A model generated the notes under the pieces. That model did no database searches. It was given only the letters and a program-made list of their open reading frames with translations, and was not told where the DNA came from. The position numbers and the translations under genes are program-made. A DNA stretch of 64,000 bases, taken from an uncultured Actinomycetes bacterium (lineage in GTDB: Bacteria > Actinomycetota > Thermoleophilia > Gaiellales > JAICJC01). How positions within the stretch are numbered: the first letter of the stretch is position 1; every line of letters begins with the position of its first letter. This document shows positions 60,135 to 64,000 of the stretch, piece after piece. The DNA is taken from the NCBI GenBank assembly GCA_963811675.1, contig CAWESH010000013.1:10907-74906 (forward strand). Direction: 5' to 3'.

Positions 60135-60141
60135 TAAGGTA
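60135..60141. promoter_or_regulatory. Symmetric bidirectional -10 element
   Basis: TAAGGTA gives TAAGGT on + (7 nt to TTG 60148) and TACCTT on - (8 nt to ATG 60127). Confidence 0.6.
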
Positions 60142-60147
60142 CCAATT

Positions 60148-62841
60148 TTGTCTCTCCCCACCACAGCAACCGCCCATCGGGCACCGCTCGAACTTGCCCT
60201 CGTGCCGCGCAGCGTGGAGGAGCCGGTGATGGGCTTCTACTCGCTCAACCCGCTGTCGCCGGGCGGGTGGACGGAACTGCTGGACGAGGCCGGTCTCCCG
60301 CATCGGCTGCGGCGCCTGAACGAGCCGATCGTGGTGGGGACGCGCACGCGCGCGACAGACTTCCGGTGCCTGCCGATGCTGGCGGCGCTGGCCTACCTCC
60401 TCAGCGAGCCGCCCGACGGTGCCAGCGCGTCGGTGCGCGCCTGGGGGCTCGCCGCCCGAGTGGTGGAGCAGGCGATCGCCAGCGGAGGCGACGTGCCCGA
60501 CCTGAGCCGGTTCGCGGCGGCGTTCCCGCTGGCGGCCCACGCCGTCGGAGTGGTCGACGAGACCGACGAGGACGGCGGGCTGATCTCGATGGAGCCGCTC
60601 GCGGCGGTCACCCTGTTCGCCGACGCCAGCATGCGGGCGCTGGCCGCGGCGGTGCGTGACCCCAAGATCCTGACCTCGCCGGACGTGCACCCGGTCGAGC
60701 TCGACCTGTCGCGGCTGCAGCCGTCGCTGCGTGCGGTCGCGCCCGAGCTGGGCGCGGTGGCGCCGGTGGTGCAGCTGCGCGACACGCTCGATCTCACGCT
60801 GACGCTGGAACTGCCCGCGCCCGACAGCGACGGCTGGCCGCTGCGGGCGGTGCCGGCCGATCCCGCGCTGCTGAGGCGCGCGGCGCATATCTACCCGCCG
60901 CTGGGTCGGATGGCCGAAGGGTTCGTCGAACTCGACCTGGCCGCCGTGGCAGAGCTGCGGCTGGCCGCGTCGGCGCTCGAGTTCTCGGGCGTCAAGCTGG
61001 TGCTTCCCACCGAGATCTCCGATCCGGTCGACCTGACCATCGAGGATGCGGAGCTGCGTTTGGTGGACGGGCCGCTGTCGCTCACCGGCACCGTCCAGTT
61101 CGACCTGTCGGCATCGCTCGGCGGCAAGCAGATCAGCCGCGAGGAGTTCCGTGAGCTGGCCCGCTCGTCCCAGCCGCTGGTGCGGTTGGGTGGGGAGTGG
61201 CGGGCGCTCTCGGGCAAGTCGCTACTGCGAGCCAAGTCGATGGCCGCGGTGGCGTTGCACGGATCGAGCCTGCCGGCGTTGACCGCACTGGGGGCGGCGC
61301 TGGGCGGGGCCTCCGACCTGCGCGGCCTGGGCGTCACCGTGGCCGCACCGGCCGGCTCGGAGCTGGAGCAGCTTGCCCGGCAGCTCTCCTCACCGCAGCT
61401 GCGGACAGCGGCGGTGGCCGGCGAGGGCTTCCACGGCACTCTGCGGCCGTACCAGAACGTTGGCCTGGGCTGGCTCTTGCGGATGCGTCAGCTCGGCCTG
61501 GGAGCGCTGCTGGCAGACGACATGGGACTGGGCAAGACGGTGCAGCTGATCGCCTACCTGGTCGACCGTTCGGATCAGGTGGAAGGGGCCGCGCTGATCG
61601 TCGCGCCGACGTCGGTGCTGGGCAACTGGGAGCGGGAGGTTCACCGGTTTGCTCCCGACCTCGACGTGCACATCCATCACGGCCCCGACCGCACCTCCAA
61701 GGTCGAGGATCTGACCCGGCACGACGTGGTGCTGACCTCATACGCGTTGCTCGCGCGCGACCGCAAGCTTCTGACCGGGTCGACGTGGCGGGCGCTGGTG
61801 CTGGACGAGGCCCAGGCGGTCAAGAACCCACTCACACGGGCGGCGCAGACGGCCCGCGCGATCGACGCCGGCCACCGGGTGGCGCTGACCGGCACTCCGG
61901 TCGAGAACCGGCTCGACGAGCTGTGGTCGATCATGCAGATCCTCAACCCCGGCCTACTCGGCACCCGCACCGGCTTTCGACGGATGTTGGCAACCCCGAT
62001 CGAGCGCCGCTCCGATGCCGAGGCCGAGCAGCGGCTCAAGCGGATCACCGCCCCGTTCCTGCTGCGCCGCCGAAAGCACGACCCCGAGGTGCTGCCCGAT
62101 CTACCGCCGCGCCAGGATTCGACAGAGTTCTGCACGCTCACGCTCGAGCAGGCGGGGCTGTACCAGGCCACCATCGACACGATCCTGGGCGGCGTGCAGG
62201 ACTCCGACGGGATCGCCCGCCGCGGCCGGGTGCTGGCGCTGATCACCCGCCTCAAACAGGTGTGCAACCACCCCGTGCATGCGATGGGCACGCCCGGCCC
62301 GCTGCCGGCGCGTTCGGGCAAGCTCGATCGTATGACCGAGATGCTGACAGAGGTCGTGGAGGAGGGCGAGAACGCGCTGGTGTTCACCCAGTTTGCGGTC
62401 ATGGGCCGGTTGATCGCCGATCACCTTGAGCGTGAGCTGACGCTGGAGCGCCTGTACCTGGACGGCTCTCTCACACGGGAAGCACGCGAGCGCGTGGTCG
62501 ACCGGTTCCAGACCGGCACCGAGCCGCGGGTGATGGTGGCATCGCTGCGGGCGGGAGGCACCGGTCTCAACCTGACCGCCGCCAGCCACGTGTTTCATTT
62601 CGACCGGTGGTGGAACCCCGCGGTGGAGGATCAAGCCTCCGATCGCGCCCACCGGATCGGGCAAACGCGGGTGGTGCAGGTACATCGGCTGGTGTGCGCA
62701 GGCACTATCGAGGAGCGCATCGACCAGCTGATCGCCGAGAAACGCGACCTGGCGACCCGGATCGTCGACCGGGGAGTCGAATCCACCATCTCAGAGCTGA
62801 CCAACGACGAGCTTGAAGATCTCGTGCGGCTGCGTCGCTAG
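60148..62841 (+). CDS. SNF2-family DEAD/DEAH helicase
   Basis: LRPYQ, LADDMGLGKT, LDEAQAVKN, ALTGTPVEN, LKQVCNHP, GGTGLNL, DRWWNPAVEDQASDRAHRIGQ. Confidence 0.96.
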   Translation: MSLPTTATAHRAPLELALVPRSVEEPVMGFYSLNPLSPGGWTELLDEAGLPHRLRRLNEPIVVGTRTRATDFRCLPMLAALAYLLSEPPDGASASVRAWGLAARVVEQAIASGGDVPDLSRFAAAFPLAAHAVGVVDETDEDGGLISMEPLAAVTLFADASMRALAAAVRDPKILTSPDVHPVELDLSRLQPSLRAVAPELGAVAPVVQLRDTLDLTLTLELPAPDSDGWPLRAVPADPALLRRAAHIYPPLGRMAEGFVELDLAAVAELRLAASALEFSGVKLVLPTEISDPVDLTIEDAELRLVDGPLSLTGTVQFDLSASLGGKQISREEFRELARSSQPLVRLGGEWRALSGKSLLRAKSMAAVALHGSSLPALTALGAALGGASDLRGLGVTVAAPAGSELEQLARQLSSPQLRTAAVAGEGFHGTLRPYQNVGLGWLLRMRQLGLGALLADDMGLGKTVQLIAYLVDRSDQVEGAALIVAPTSVLGNWEREVHRFAPDLDVHIHHGPDRTSKVEDLTRHDVVLTSYALLARDRKLLTGSTWRALVLDEAQAVKNPLTRAAQTARAIDAGHRVALTGTPVENRLDELWSIMQILNPGLLGTRTGFRRMLATPIERRSDAEAEQRLKRITAPFLLRRRKHDPEVLPDLPPRQDSTEFCTLTLEQAGLYQATIDTILGGVQDSDGIARRGRVLALITRLKQVCNHPVHAMGTPGPLPARSGKLDRMTEMLTEVVEEGENALVFTQFAVMGRLIADHLERELTLERLYLDGSLTREARERVVDRFQTGTEPRVMVASLRAGGTGLNLTAASHVFHFDRWWNPAVEDQASDRAHRIGQTRVVQVHRLVCAGTIEERIDQLIAEKRDLATRIVDRGVESTISELTNDELEDLVRLRR

Positions 62842-62859
62842 ACCTGCGAGACTCTGGGT

Positions 62860-63933
62860 GTGACGCCCGAATCCCACCTGCTCCAGCGACTGGTCGAGAT
62901 CGAGAGCCCCACCGGCGGGGCGGAGGGCCTCGCCCGCATCGGCGACGTGATCGCCGATGAGCTTGGTGGTATCGGGGCCACGGTCGAGCGGCGCGAGGGC
63001 GGGGCGGTGGTCGGCTATCTCGGCGAGGCGGTCTCCGATCCGCTTTTGGTGATGGCGCACATGGACACGGTGTGGCCGGTGGGGACGCTGGCGAAAATGC
63101 CGGTGCGGATCGAGGACGGGTTCCTGTGGGGGCCGGGGTCGCTGGACATGAAGGCCGGCATCGTGATCGCCGTCGAGGCGCTGCGCGGCATCGGCGCGAC
63201 ACCGCGGCCGGTGGTCGTGCTGTTTACCGCCGACGAGGAGATCGGGAGTCCCGAGGGGCGCCCGCTGGTGGAGGAACTGGCCCGCTCCGCGGCCGCCGCG
63301 CTGGTGGTCGAGCCGCCGGTGCGAGAGGGCACGATCACCACGGCCCGATCGGGCCTGGCCCGCTACCAGATGTACATTCAGGGGCGCTCGGCACACGCCG
63401 GCAACGGCCATCGAGGCGGCATCTCCGCGATCGAGGAGCTGGCCCATCAGACGCTCGCGCTGCACGCGGTGGCCGATCGCATCGAGGGCGCCCGCATCAA
63501 CGTCGGACAGGTCGGTGGAGGTAGTGGCGACAACGTGGTCGCGGCCGAGGCCTGGGCCCGGGTCGACGCCCGGGCCTGGACGACTGAGGCGCAACTCCAA
63601 CTGGAAGCCGCCATTCGCGGGCTGCGGCCGCGGCTGGAGGGGGCGGAGCTGACGGTGCGTGGCGGGATCACCCGTCCTCCCATGAATCAGTCACATGTGG
63701 CCGAGCGACTGGCCCAACGGGCGATCGAGATCGCCGAGGGTATCGGCATCAAGCTCGATCAGAACACGTCGGCCGGCGGTTCTGACGGGAATTTCGCTGC
63801 GGCGGTGGGGATTCCGGTGCTCGACGGACTCGGCCCCGACGGGGTGGGCGCGCATGCGATCGACGAGCGCGTATCGCTCGAATCCCTGTCCGAGCGGATC
63901 CAGCTGCTGCGGGCACTGTTGTCGCAGTTGTGA
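62860..63933 (+). CDS. M20 metallopeptidase (glutamate carboxypeptidase-like)
   Basis: AHMDTV, DMKAG, DEEIGS, SAHAG, GGSDGN, LDGLGP, HAIDE. Confidence 0.93.
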   Translation: MTPESHLLQRLVEIESPTGGAEGLARIGDVIADELGGIGATVERREGGAVVGYLGEAVSDPLLVMAHMDTVWPVGTLAKMPVRIEDGFLWGPGSLDMKAGIVIAVEALRGIGATPRPVVVLFTADEEIGSPEGRPLVEELARSAAAALVVEPPVREGTITTARSGLARYQMYIQGRSAHAGNGHRGGISAIEELAHQTLALHAVADRIEGARINVGQVGGGSGDNVVAAEAWARVDARAWTTEAQLQLEAAIRGLRPRLEGAELTVRGGITRPPMNQSHVAERLAQRAIEIAEGIGIKLDQNTSAGGSDGNFAAAVGIPVLDGLGPDGVGAHAIDERVSLESLSERIQLLRALLSQL

Positions 63934-63960
63934 ATGACGGTGCCTGGCACCGTTATTCAC
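63930..63960. repeat. REP-like palindrome copy (one A>G change giving a G:T wobble)
   Basis: GTGAATGACGGTGCC-T-GGCACCGTTATTCAC; contains the M20 gene TGA. Confidence 0.93.
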
Positions 63961-64000
63961 CACCGACCCGTTAACTGCCGAGAGACCCGGAATCTGGACA

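Noticed and set aside
60148..62841. SNF2 helicase as part of an anti-phage system
   Set aside because: It is the ordinary bacterial SNF2 type flanked by metabolic genes, with no defence partners.
1..64000. About 20 frameshifted genes (adenylate cyclase, M20 amidase, suhB, helicase, gabD, amtB, dhaK, ptsI, ptsH, ilvD, Mo subunit and others) as pseudogenes or programmed frameshifts
   Set aside because: The indels are scattered across unrelated conserved genes, catalytic motifs are intact on both sides, and no common slippery site is evident. This fits long-read consensus error; read-level polishing would confirm it.

Overview
A high-GC bacterial chromosomal segment. Gene content and promoter style suggest Actinomycetota, most likely Thermoleophilia/Gaiellales-like (inference). 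It carries the RNase P RNA gene (rnpB) and about 60 mostly metabolic or housekeeping genes. These include hutF with an M20 amidase, acyl-CoA dehydrogenase, a large DEAH helicase next to csp-infA, a PhaB/MaoC-like pair, pruA, two PilZ proteins, gabD, amtB, a complete PTS-dependent dihydroxyacetone kinase cluster with its IclR regulator and operators, TadG/VWA, CoxD/CoxE, MarP, PAC2, thioredoxin, ilvD, a xanthine dehydrogenase-family trio, an SNF2 helicase and an M20 peptidase. About 20 genes are split by apparent single-base indels, most likely long-read assembly errors, so their coordinates are approximate. No integrase, transposase, CRISPR array, tRNA or rRNA was seen. The most interesting signals are non-coding: (1) a dispersed 31-39 bp palindrome GTGAATAACGGTGCC(A/T)GGCACCGTTATTCAC that repeatedly supplies gene stop codons, shows compensatory variants and forms a tandem cluster; (2) a dual-hairpin/terminator ANTAR-like leader on amtB with non-canonical loops; (3) sigma28/WhiG-type promoters on a PilZ gene and on unknown membrane proteins; (4) pervasive leaderless genes and symmetric bidirectional -10 boxes; (5) an orphan DnaA-box cluster, a dif-like site and a candidate sRNA. 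A divergent TatC paralog and a helicase with an acidic insert are the most unusual proteins.
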